Origin: Trichoplax adhaerens
Lineage: Eukaryota; Animalia; Placozoa
Length of the DNA stretch: 64,000 bases
Assembly: GCF_000150275.1 (NCBI RefSeq)
Contig: NW_002060981.1
Coordinates: 208,141 to 272,140, forward strand
Direction of reading: 5' to 3'
The notes below the pieces were generated by a model that had not been told where the DNA came from, did no database searches, and worked only from the letters and a program-made list of their open reading frames with translations. Made by a program: the position numbers and the translations under genes. Shown piece after piece: positions 28,994-41,070 of the stretch (positions are counted from its first letter, which is position 1; each line of letters opens with the position of its first letter).

Positions 28994-30769
28994 AATGAAA
29001 ACTTGCAAACCCTTTAAATTCTGGAAATGTCTGTAATATCTGGAATTAACTTAAACACAAAAACTGTGTATTAATGATATACTCTGTAGGATGTCTTGAG
29101 AGTCAGAATTTCCAATTCGCTATGGTATCAAGTCCTCTTCCAGTTTGAGATATCACACAAACAATAATTCTAATTATCTATCATGAATTTTATGACCTTG
29201 TAATCTATCTAGACCGTATATTTCACTCCACTAAATCATGCTTATTTATATTTCTTTAGTAAAATTTACCACTAGAATTTGTTCAATTACTGTAGCGTTT
29301 ATTACTTTTGTGTAGAAGTAGAATTCGAGTGAATGGCTTCCTCTCAAAAAGTATATTTTCCCCCTAGTTTAGTAGATTCTGTTATATTTATGATAGCTTT
29401 AAATTATGTCTGAAACTTTATATCATGTAAATTGAATATTTTAAGACGATAATCAGTATTTTTAATGATTGATTCGAGCTCTAGCAATTCATATACTTAT
29501 AGAACCATGCATATTGTAGCGCTTAATGTAACACAAGAAGTCATAAATGAAATTCTATTTAAAAATTTCACTATTGTGCATATTTATGTATACCAACGTT
29601 AGTGACGAATGTAAGTCATAACTTCATATGATATGTGTAGACTGTATCTTGCCAGATTTACAATTCCGGCATAAACGTATTCAGGAAATATCATTGGTTG
29701 TATTTGCTCATATTAACAGATTTTACATTGAATAAAATACATACAAAACGAGTGGTATATAAATTTATTGTGTATTGATAACTACTATGAATGTTTCGGG
29801 CGTTGCTGAACACTTACAAATATTATGCAATATATAAATATTACAATATTATGCAAAAGTTAACACATTTACCAATGAAAATATTTAGCATTCAGCAGCA
29901 GTGATTAATTAGTGAATGACTTTTGATACCTTGTTAGCTTTAGTTACTTTGCGTAAAAAATTTAATTTATTGACTATAGTTTAATTGATAGTACTGTTAC
30001 TTTTTTTCAACTCTTTCATCATACCGATAGATCTCATTTCCAAAGATATCTTTGTTTACTTTTTAAGATACATGCTACATCAGAATTACATCAATCTCAA
30101 CGCATGAAAAACAGCATGAAGCATACCCGTTAGCAAGAGCAAGAGTAACTTTGATGGATTCTTCCTTACTAGTTACGTATAGGTACTAAGTAAGACGGGA
30201 CTAGAAGAACAGTGCAAATACTACCGTTAAAGTATCAAACTTTTATAAAGTCAAAGGATAAAGCATAAGAGGAATAGTTATTACTATACCTTTATGGATA
30301 GGTAAAGTAGCGTATATTCTAAAACATATAGCAATTGCGCCGAAATATAAAATAAAATAGTCCTTTAATAACTCCTAAGTTCTCAAATTCAAAGTAACGT
30401 AATTACTCACTTAAGGTGCATTAGCGGATTAGCACGCAGTAAATTACTGCTTTCTAAAAATTGACATGTACGAAGCGACAACCAGGACAAAAATCTAAGT
30501 CGATTTTTATAGGCATTCAGTACAATGAAATCTTGCTAATTTTGCAGTTACTAGTCGTAAAAGTTTACATGTTTACAATCACAGCCAGTGAGTGTATATA
30601 CGGTATATATGAGATATCAAGGCGGATTTTTCCCTTTATTTTAAACCCTTATACGTAGATATTATATATACAAATGTGCTACTACAACAATTCACAAAGA
30701 AATAATTAGTAGATAATTAACTATCCTGGGTATTTAATCTACTATCGGTGACATTTCATTCTAAATTTG

Positions 30770-32212
30770 TTACAGCTGCAACTTTTTCCTGTAGACATAT
30801 CCTAAAGCCAGAATCGAAGAAATGCATAATGCCATTCCCGTTATGCTTCCAAAGATGCCACTAGCTTCATTATTTTTCACCTTCCTTTCCAATAGTCTCA
30901 TTCTTTCTTCTTGATCTCTTAATCGTAAGTACAAGTTAATAAGTTTATCATCGTTTCTCAGTTGCATAAATTCTTGATAACTAATCTGGTCATCTGATTC
31001 GTTATCCTCCATTTCTGAAGTTTCTGCAGCAGTCACTTCTTCTGGAGCCTGGGATTCTTCTATCACACTGTTAGTGGAGATTCTAATTCAGATATAAAAA
31101 TTTATCATTTTCGTCAATAACACATTAAATGGTACAAATTGATTTACAGTTGATTTGAGTGTAATTTTTATGAACTACACGTACATCATCATACTAGAAT
31201 AAAGGTACATTTAAATCTAAGCAATCTATTGCACAACACATCGAGGGTTATTTTTTATCCTAAACTGTACAATACCATATGGATAAGACGATTACTGCAA
31301 TGAAATGTAAGAAATTCTTCGATATCAGGAAAGTAAATTATCAGTAACACATAATGTTGACTTTAAAACTAGAAGTTTGATTCTTCCGATACAACATTTA
31401 CTAAACAGTATTTACTATTTGTGATAAGCTGGAGGCGTGAGGAGCATTTGCTATCGAATTTTATAAATTGTATCGTATGTTAATATGTAAAAACTGACTG
31501 ATTTTTGTAATCCTACTGAATTTAACCATGGTGCTTAATTGATAGATTTCCACTTGTTGATAATAAGACGAGTCTAGAGCCGATAGGCTTACTGTACTTA
31601 TTTTATCACACACCCATCCTAATATCGTATTATTATAATAACAGTTTTTAATCCTACGTTGTACTAGTTATAACATTAATATTATTTTCAGAAAAGCGTT
31701 GCAATGATAGCTTATATAAGATCGGTTTTTGGGGGGCGGGGCGGAGGGGAAATTGTCCTTTGAGAGACTTCTGTTAATGATCAAATGCCATCTATCAAGG
31801 TTGCATCCATCTAAAGTACATCATGGCGCAATTTATAGTATACTTACTTATCATCTGGCACATTTTGATTATTACTGGGCATACTGGCACTTTCAGACTT
31901 ATACCACATCGGCTTCTTCTGATATGTTCTACTTTCATTGATAGTTAATTTACTTGGTACAGTTTCATAGTTATCACTGCTGATATCATTTATTCGATGG
32001 GTAACTTCAAATTCACTTATGTCACCATGAAGGTATTTTTGAGTAAAATCGTTATCTTCCTTACGTTTACCAGAATACGAAATCGACTCCGGCATCGTCA
32101 TCATTGGGTAAAAACTATTACTGCTTTCTTCACTTAGATCGCCGGTACCATTGCTTGAATTATTATCAAAGGCCAACTGGTCTGGCAAGTTCATCTCGTT
32201 ACTGTCCATCAT
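30770..32212 (-). CDS. Tail-anchored coiled-coil protein, mitochondrial fission factor (MFF)-like, ~225 aa; exons 32212-31848 and 31082-30770
   Basis: A phase-2 GT-AG join is in frame. Two N-terminal motifs (MTMPESI, TVPSKLTI) resemble the MFF R1/R2 VPEKL-type repeats, followed by a coiled coil (LRLRDQEERMRLLERKVK), a C-terminal TM and a short basic tail (YRKKLQL). Confidence 0.65.
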
Positions 32213-32279
32213 TTCACTGCCAATAAAATTCCCAAGCGAGATGATCGCGCAATCCTTATGGCAGCAGTTGTAGCTTGTT

Positions 32280-32515
32280 GTACTGTACTGTACAGTACTA
32301 CAACGGTAGAATTTGCTCTCTACTCGGTAGCAATTCTTGTTCACAACTGTACAGATTCTGCTCAGTTCCCTTTTGGGCCACTGTAGGTCTTACAGTACTG
32401 TACAGTACAGTACAGCTACAGTATACAGTACACTACAGTACAGTACTGTACAGTACCCTACAGTGACACAGTGTACTGTACAGTACAGTATAGTACAGTA
32501 CAGTATACTGTACGG
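32280..32515. repeat. TACAG/CTGTA tract immediately upstream of the MFF-like gene
   Basis: Runs such as tacagtacagtacag and tactgtactgtacag starting ~70 bp before the ATG. Confidence 0.88.
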
Positions 32516-32870
32516 ATACGGTAGTGTTGCCTTAATTGTAAAGACTATAATCTTGGGTGCCAAGAATCCTTCAGTAATAAATGATAGTAAATCTCTGACT
32601 ATCTCGTCTACATCATCTGTGACGCTATAATTATACCATAGTATTCGGTCGTTGGAACTGAATTATTTGGTGATATAGCTAATCTCGCCTCTTTTAAGTT
32701 ACTAAGTGGCGTTCTCCGCAAGGATTGGCGTGTGTAGACTACTTTGTCACTAGTGGTGTGTGACATGTATAATTCTATTTCTTTCAAGTTTCTCGTACAA
32801 ACTATCAGTTGCTGTTACATGGACGGTCGCTCCAACCATTTTATAAGTCACGTCGTAATACCAATCTTAA

Positions 32871-33014
32871 AGTACTGTACTGTGTACAGTACTGTAATGT
32901 AGAATGCACTGTACTGTAGATCCAAGTCTGAAAGTGACTCAAAAGTGGACAGTACTGTACAGTACTGTAAGATAGAACTGTACAAACTACAGTACTGTAT
33001 AGTAGTACAGTACA
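32871..33014. repeat. TACAG/CTGTA tract
   Basis: agtactgtactgtgtacagtactgta... repeated; lies between two structured islands. Confidence 0.85.
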
Positions 33015-34010
33015 AGCAATATGGCAGCATGTAAAAATGTCTCAGATTCCTTGCTGAAATATTGCCATAGAGGGTTCAACTCTAGACTGTGAGAAATTGA
33101 GTAGTTCATGATTCGACAATTCGGAAATAGATTCGATACTTTTGATTGCAAGTTGCAATACTGCAGCACTCTAACAGAATATCTCTGGTGATAGTCTTCC
33201 TCTACATTATTCGGGATATTTTAGCAAGAAATCCGTGATCATATGCTTTATACGAAACTGAATCAGTCAAGCACTGTAATTGTACGATCATACAGTATTG
33301 TATGTAGAACTATGACGAATAATTAATCTATAATGTGCACTTTGTCTATTTATACTGTATGTATATATAAATAAAATTGACTAAACATTTCTTCTTTTAA
33401 ATATTAAACTATTCGGAGTCATAGTACATTTAGCAAAATTGGCTTGATATTTATTATCAAATAATTTAGTAGTAGCGATTACACATCGATAAAAGGTTAA
33501 CTAACTAGAGAGTATAATTTTTATTACATCACACATTAATACATTATATGCAGCTTAATGCTGATGTGTGAGAGAGCATTCAGTCTTACAGTTTCAGCAA
33601 CATGAGAATAATATCTTGAGTAAAATCCTACCTGCGATGCAGTAATTCAATATGAGTTGATGATATTTGCGAGTTGAAGAGGTAGAATAAAGACATTTAT
33701 ATAGACTGTGTTTATTAAGCTAAAAATAGTGCAAAGAGAATATTTGTAATCTGCTTATGAAAAGCAATTGCTGTAATATCTCGATAGCGACCTGAAAATT
33801 ATTTTAAAAAACATTTTTAAAGATATTTAAGCAATTGCCGATTTTTATACCATGTTTTTATTTACTAAACTATTAAAACATCGATCGTTTTACAAGATTT
33901 AGTGATCATTGAGTAGGCAAGAATAGAAATGGTCCATTCGTACGGACTATTTAAGTTCGGAAAATGATACAATTCGGCACTTAAATACCGTTAAAAATCT
34001 GGATTCAAAA

Positions 34011-37000
34011 TTATACAGTAGTAACTTTAGATACATGTTTCTGTTCTGTAGGTTTTCGCAATTTAATAGAAGCAGCTGGAAGCTCATTATTATCAACGGT
34101 TGCAGCAATGCCCTCCTTTCTATTACATACATTCTCATCATCACTTTCTGCTACAGCATGTAATGCACCACCAAATTTGACCTTAAAGGCGAATGTTATG
34201 TATACTAACAAGCTTAAAATAATAAACGTAACGGATACAAGAATTAAGATCCAAAACGTATCAATTTGAGGTAGAATTAAGACAAGAACAAATTGAATTA
34301 GGTCTAGAATGTTATTGAGAGCGTCTTGAACACCACCAACGATACCACGTTCAGCCTCACTAACGTGTTCTTGGAATAATTGTGTAGTACTCAAATCATA
34401 CATCCACAAGCCGGTTCGTGAGCAAACTATTCCAATCATAAATAAAATGATTGAGATCGATGGCACTAAGCTATCGCAGTTTACGCTGTAAAAATAAAAA
34501 AGATGGCATATTAACATATAAATAGCATATCTAGAAAATATTATCACAACGGTTAAAATTTTACCGATAGGAATTGCTTGCTGCCGAGTTGTTTGTCAGT
34601 GAACAGTTTGTACTATTTAGGTCTAATGATTAAAGAAACAGTAATGACTGTGTGTCAAGTTTGCAAATATTTTGAAATACTTCATAAGAAAAGGTTGCCG
34701 TTCACAATGTAAAAACAAAGGAAAAGAAAGTTTAAATTAATTGTAGTTAATAACCATCAGTTACTTTCTTCTTACCTATGATAGTTGGCTGATAAAGTGA
34801 GCTGCCTGGTGTAAATACTGATGCTACGCAAAACATCAATGCTGATATTTGCAGTAAGAGTGATATGAGACCTGTCTTTACAAGTCCCATTCGATTTCGT
34901 AGAACTTGAAAAATATAGGTGCCTAAGACTCCAAAAATAGCTCCAGCTGCGCGAGCTAAGCTAACAAAACCTTCGGAAATACCTCGAGCATATATATAGC
35001 CTTACATGAAAAGTAATAATATAATCAGGACAATACTTGATGAAAAACATGCAACATTATACTAATCATGAGAAAAAAATACCTGTTGTTACTACATTAA
35101 ATCCCAATACTGTCAAGTACAGAATTGCCAATGAAACTCCAGCTCTAGTAACATCTTGCTGCATAAAAGTATACCAGCCCCGCTTTAGAGACACAAAAGA
35201 TGATACGATACGTTCAAGGGTGCATCCAGCCGATTTAACTTTTTCTACTTCTTCCGGCTGTCCATTTTCTATAAGAATGTGCGAAAAATGAGATCGGTCA
35301 AGTTGTTATAATAGCTAAGATATTAAAAATAATCAGTGCACTATTATGAGAGACTATTTACACTTGTAACTCATTAAGGAATTCAGCTGAGTTTGCTTTA
35401 AACGTATTTCAGGTGCAGTATCGTAATACTTCCAATATCAAATAGAAAAAATGTACTACAAAAAATACCTTCCTCTATTTTGGTACCCTGCTGTTCTGAT
35501 TCTGTTCCATCCGCAGTATTACATTGTTCAGCGTCTGTACTTTTCAATTTAATGGCCAGACGTGGTACTTTCAAGTATATTTTTATAAATACGTAATACT
35601 CGATGATAAAAGAGATTACATTCCAAGCCCCAATAAAGATTGCTCCGACTAGCATTGAAGAAAAATCAATTAGCTGACCAACAGCTATTGGAGCCACAAT
35701 AGCACAGACTAGATCAATTCGTCTCATCTTGGCATTAAGATCTACATCAAATACGAATTAAATAACAGCGAAAAAATTATGTTAATATTAGATGATGGTA
35801 TACATAGAAAATTAGCGAATTCTTATAAAACTTTTCACCTGCTAGAGCAGATTTACTGCCAACAGAAATAACAACGATCCAATCTCGAGTGATTGCAATT
35901 TTATGTGTGATACTTGCTAGATTGGCAAGTGTTCCAGTAGTGATTAAGACTACTTGTAAAACAACAGTGACGGTCGCTGATACTTTAACTTCTAGAAGGA
36001 CCAAGTAGACGCCAGCAGAAGCAATTACCAGAAAATTCTGAGAAGCTAGCGTGATTTTCACAACTAAATAATAATAAAAATACAGTTAAATATCAGATAG
36101 TAAAATCAGAAATGATTTGTCAATACATCAAAAAGAAATTCTCAGTCTGTTTATGCTATAACTGTTAGAGTGAGCATGGAATGGAGGGAGACACAGCGAC
36201 TTTGCTTATCTTATTCAATAAATTATAGTTACCAGAAAGTGGACTTACCACGAAGCCTATCACTAGAATCTACCCAGTCACCAAAAACAGGTGCAAAAAC
36301 AATCGCCGTAATCGCAAGCGTTAGTCCATAAATAGCCGTCAGTAATAGTGAAGTAATATTTAGTCTAACCAAGAATAGACCCACTACAAACACCCACATA
36401 CGATCTCCCTAAAAGTAAATGAAAGAATGAATTATATGTAGAAAGTCGATTATTGAGAAGATTATGATTAGATTCTACGATAGAACAGTTACGTAGCATA
36501 GCAGGGTAGCTAATGCACTAGGTTTTACACTTTGTATCCACTAAAAGTATAGAGTATTTTAAGAAAGGTCAAAATGAAATAAGGAAATTAATTTCATATT
36601 GTGTATAAATTTATAGACTATGAACTGTTAATAATTAATTAGTGCAGTGTATATTTTCGTTTGGTTATTAAAAGATATGGCATACTAGATGGATAATAAC
36701 TAGAAGTACTGTGTATATCTTTGGGATGTGTGCATTAGTACATATTTGGATCCGGGACGAATGCACTGATCCATACACGTCCGTCTACTAATAAGGATTG
36801 GGGACACAGAATCTATACGATAATAACAAGTTGCTGAAAATAGAAAATTACAAGCCGACAACAACGAAAATAGAATGGGATTATGAACTAATTTACGTAG
36901 TTAATATCAGATGCATTAATCGGATCTAAGCTTTGCAGTATGGCATAATCGTTGCTATTAGCGTTAAAAGATCATGATGTGATTATAATGCAATTAATGC

Positions 37001-37280
37001 ACTGCCCAGATGCTTGAATAATGAAAGATAGCTACATGTTCTATCTGTTGGTTGCGAATGTTTAAAAGTACGCCCAGTGACATGGTGCTACTCTAAAGCT
37101 AGCGAATATTATTAATTCATCAAAGCGGTATTAGAGCAGTAAATAGAGTATATGATGACAGAGCTTTTTAACTACAGCAATTTTACTTACCCAAGATGAC
37201 AAAAAATGACCAATGCATATTAAAGTGGTTGGAGATGTTAAAGTTTTTTTCAATTTCTGCAAGTTAGGTAAGGCAAGCAT
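34011..37280 (-). CDS. SLC40A1: Ferroportin; exons 37280-37191, 36408-36249, 36063-35839, 35741-35469, 35268-35083, 35000-34776, 34622-34565, 34485-34011
   Basis: GHFLSSWGDRMW, GDWVD, ITRDWIVV, NAKMRRIDL, LYLTVLGF and SRTGLWMYDLSTTQLFQEHVSEAERGIVGGVQDALN are ferroportin signatures. Splice phases are consistent. Confidence 0.95.
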
Positions 37281-38314
37281 ACTTGGCAACTTACTTCATC
37301 AGCGTTAATTGACGGGTACTAAAGTTTTATTGCGGTATACTCAACAATCGAGAAGTTCTGCTGGAAAAGTATTTTACAAAAGTTCGACAATATGCTGTAC
37401 TTACACACTTCACAGTCGCATTGATGATCATATTCAATTGCTTTTAAGCACCAATTTGCCAATCAAAATATGACTGTGCTGCATTAATAACAGAGGCTAT
37501 TTTACGTATACATTAATTAATTATGAATGCATAATATTAAAATGCTACTAACTGATTAAGCGTAAAATTATCTTAAAAATATGGGCAACAGTTGATAACA
37601 ATTTGCAATTAAGTGTAAGTAAGTAAAGCAAAGAATTGAGAGAAAGGAGAAAGATAAGCTATGCGTCATGCTCTACCACGTCAAATCTACAAAATGAATC
37701 AAACAGGAAGGCTAAAATTATGAACTTTATGATTATCCAATACGAAGCAAAATGCCATTATAAAATTATACAAGCACGTCCTATCGATCGATTAAGCCTA
37801 ATTATGGTACAATAACGAGTTTGATATCAGATACTTCTTAAATAGATAGCCCATTTTTACATGCAAGTGCTCACCTAGTATCTACCTTTCGATAATAACA
37901 ATTAATTAGCAGTTGTCTAAAGGGTATAATGCGTATATGCAGTAGAATTTGTTCGTCATTCAGTCGTAGGCTATATTCAGTGCATATTAAATGATTATCT
38001 CTTTCTAATTTTAGACTTCAAATTGCATTCATTCAATCCAATAGCAATAACAGCGTACATAGAAAGCGTACAATAAATTGCATGCCGGTCCACAAGGCTT
38101 GAATATGTACCTATTACAGTAATCCCCAACCTATTCGTCGTTGTCGATTATATGATTATTATCAGTAGTAGGCTGATAAACGTCCCCAATAGTTCGGTAG
38201 AAAGGCTGCTTGGCGAATACTACTTGCACGTTAACCTAGCTACAACTGTCGGTAGTTTAGCATTGGGATAAAAGACATTCGCAAGACGTTAGAATTGGTA
38301 GTGGAGACTTTCCC

Positions 38315-38970
38315 TACTGTACTGTACACTGTACACTGTACAGTACTGTAGTGTACAGCACACTACAGTACAGTAGAGGCTCTTTGACACAGTGCATCTG
38401 TTACCAGTACAGTACATGTACTGTACTGTATGACAGGTTGACAGCAATGATGGCCATGACGCATTTGCCTTAATTTTTTTTTTTTAACTTTCTACCGGTC
38501 GTACAGTAGAGTAGGGAGTATAGTAGGTGACAGATAGTTTGTATTAGAAGTAGAAACTTGAAAGAAATAAAACTACTCAATACTGCAATAGAAAGTAATA
38601 AAATCATCAAAATCCAATTGCTAAAGGTTATAATAATCTGTCTGTGTGGAATATGAGCCAAATTTAAAATATCTTTCTTCAAAATTGAAAGATACAATTT
38701 CTAATTTAAGGTAACATGAGTGTGTATGTACTGTACAATACATTGTTTCTTTTCAACCGTTTTTGAACTCTTCAGTACAGTATAGTGTAATTTTAGAGGT
38801 CTCGCCACGCCTCTGTAATACTGATCTTACAGTACTGTACGCAGTACTGTACATTCGATTTCAAATTTTTGCATCAATTTGTACAGTACAAAATTGATCG
38901 CAAATGCATGGATTTAATATCTGTACATTGGTGCTATGTAGATTTTTAAAGTCGATTTAATTTTAGTACA
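38315..38970. repeat. TACAG/CTGTA tracts (38315-38430 dense, 38728-38970 looser) upstream of ferroportin
   Basis: tactgtactgtacactgtacactgtacagtactgta and similar units, ~1 kb 5' of the SLC40A1 ATG. Confidence 0.8.
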
Positions 38971-39779
38971 GTGAACAAGTTGAGGTCTTGGTGGTTGTGT
39001 TTAGCTAACTTAGTTTTAATATCACCTGACCTCAATCGCTGTAAAGAAGGGTTCCCATTTTTACTAGAGAGAAAATGGAAAGGATCGATGTAATTCGACG
39101 CAGACCACCGTAAATGTTTCAAAGTCGAAAAACCGACAGTGTTCACAGTACTCGAAATTAGAGTCTTCTTTCCAATACTGCACATCCTGTTTTAATTAAT
39201 ATACCGGTGACGAAGTGGCCACTAAATAGAGGTAGGTATGTGCTAGTAATGCAGCAGTGATTTTAGTTAGTGGCTAGAACTTGGTGAAAGACAACGTCAT
39301 AATCTGTTGAAGAGACGATGAATAAGCTTTTAATTTAACTACGTAATTACGCATACATTTCGAGTGTATTTTATTCGCGTGGACAATTCTAGTTAGAGCA
39401 CGTACACTAGTACCCTAGTTAACTAACTTATAGCAACTCGTTAAAATGATAACTGTCTACCTAGTGTACGTAAAACGCTGTAGCCACAGTTTTGGAATGA
39501 TGTAGTACGCGTAAATCAATAGAATTGCAGTTAAGATCGTCGTGTACAATTTCGGTAAATGAATAATTAATTATAATATAATAACTTTCAAAATTGATAG
39601 TTAACACTTCAAAATACTGTGTCCAATTTATAAGAAAATATCTATAGTGTTGGCAATTTGAAATTGAATCACAAACATTTCTTTAGTGATCAATGCACTA
39701 CTACACAGTATATCGTAGAATAGATACCAATTTTACAATAAATGACGTCATTTCATCATAATATAATACTCAATACAGC

Positions 39780-40131
39780 TGTCACGGTAGTGAATCTACC
39801 GTGATGGATGATATCTTACTTAATTTAGACATGTATATGTATCACGATAAGATAGTTATTAATTTGGATATGAGCATGAATTATTTTATGACTTAATATA
39901 GCCGATACAAACTTGTTCTCAATACACCTTAAATTATACTAAATATAGTATAAGAATTGTCAATGGTAAATTCAATATAAGTCTAAATGATTGATTTTGA
40001 ATATTAAATTAGACTTGCATTTTCTACAATAAAGATATAGTTAGAAGATTCCGAAAGTGTATTTCTCAGTTATTGTTACTTATCTAGGGTAATCTAATTA
40101 GTTTAGATTAGGCAAGTTTAGTTAAGTAACA
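39780..40131 (+). mobile_element. Diverged LTR-like element related to family A
   Basis: 5' end TGTCACGGTAGTGAATCTACCGTGA matches the family A 5' hairpin; AATAAAG at 40028; ends GTAACA; near-TSD ACAGC/ACAGT. Confidence 0.55.
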
Positions 40132-40981
40132 ACAGTATTTGTTTCTATAATGGCCTGGTGTGCCAATCAAAGATTTTACTGATCAACTACTACTTAGAGA
40201 TAGTGGAGCTTGAATTTGTGACGCGAGAGGTTACAATCAAACAGATATTTGCAAGCTTATTCCAGGCATGCTTATAACGTAACCAAACTAATGAAAGACG
40301 CAACGAATACCTCCTTTACAGAAGTAAAATCAATGATTTTCTCGATTAAAATGAATCTTTCTGAATTCGATTTGATGATGATTATTTTCGTGTATGAGGA
40401 AATAGAAAGCATATGAGGTAGGCAGCTATAAGATAAAATAATAAGGGGAACACTTGCTGTCACCACTTTAGAGCTAATAAAACAATTCCCATCTACCATA
40501 TTTTGAATTCCAATTGCTAGCTTAATTCAAAAATTTTTGTTAAATTTTGCTCAGCTTAGCATCGATTACAGGAACTGTAGATCTTTGGCTGTTTCTATTA
40601 AGTATCACGAAATTAGGATAATGTTCGTAAAGTTATCTTTCAGGTTTGCTATTTTCAAGATGTTACCGTTTAAATGACTAAATAATTAATAGAATATTTA
40701 TATTATATTACAAGATGATACTCGTATGTTTATGGATTAGTGATTGGGCTCTTTGAGGCTTGATGATAAGAAAATTAAAAATTATACGCCATAATTATTA
40801 ATTATACGAACCTGCTTAGTTCCAGATACGATCATTTAAACTTTTAAAATATCAATCTTCATTATTAATTTAAATGTACTGGCATCAATTTTTTTATAAA
40901 TATACGTGAATAGCGATGACACATATCTGTATTAATAGCTATGAAATTAGTAGATTTATGGTAATGTACGTATATATGTTC

Positions 40982-41070
40982 CGGCTAAAACCCGATCTCG
41001 GCTAATACGCGTACTAGCCGGTTAAAGCCCGATTGAAGAGAGATATCATCACAATTTCGGGTTTTAGCCG
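40982..41070. repeat. Small MITE/foldback-like element with 14-bp perfect inverted repeats
   Basis: CGGCTAAAACCCGA ... TCGGGTTTTAGCCG, with internal degenerate copies (cggctaa, cggttaaagcccga). Confidence 0.6.

Noticed and set aside
32275-33030. ORFs rich in Y/S/T/V/Q/C (also 4613-4852)
   Set aside because: They are translations of the TACAG repeat tracts.
38115-38316. RNase MRP RNA on the minus strand (GGGAAAGTCTCC ... GGGGATTACT)
   Set aside because: No GARAR P8 loop, CR-V is not GGGGCU, and the P1-P3 position is occupied by TACAG repeats.
37281-38345. Iron-responsive element 5' of ferroportin
   Set aside because: The only CAGTG on the coding strand is within the TACAG repeat and cannot form the 6-nt loop, 5-bp stem and C-bulge.
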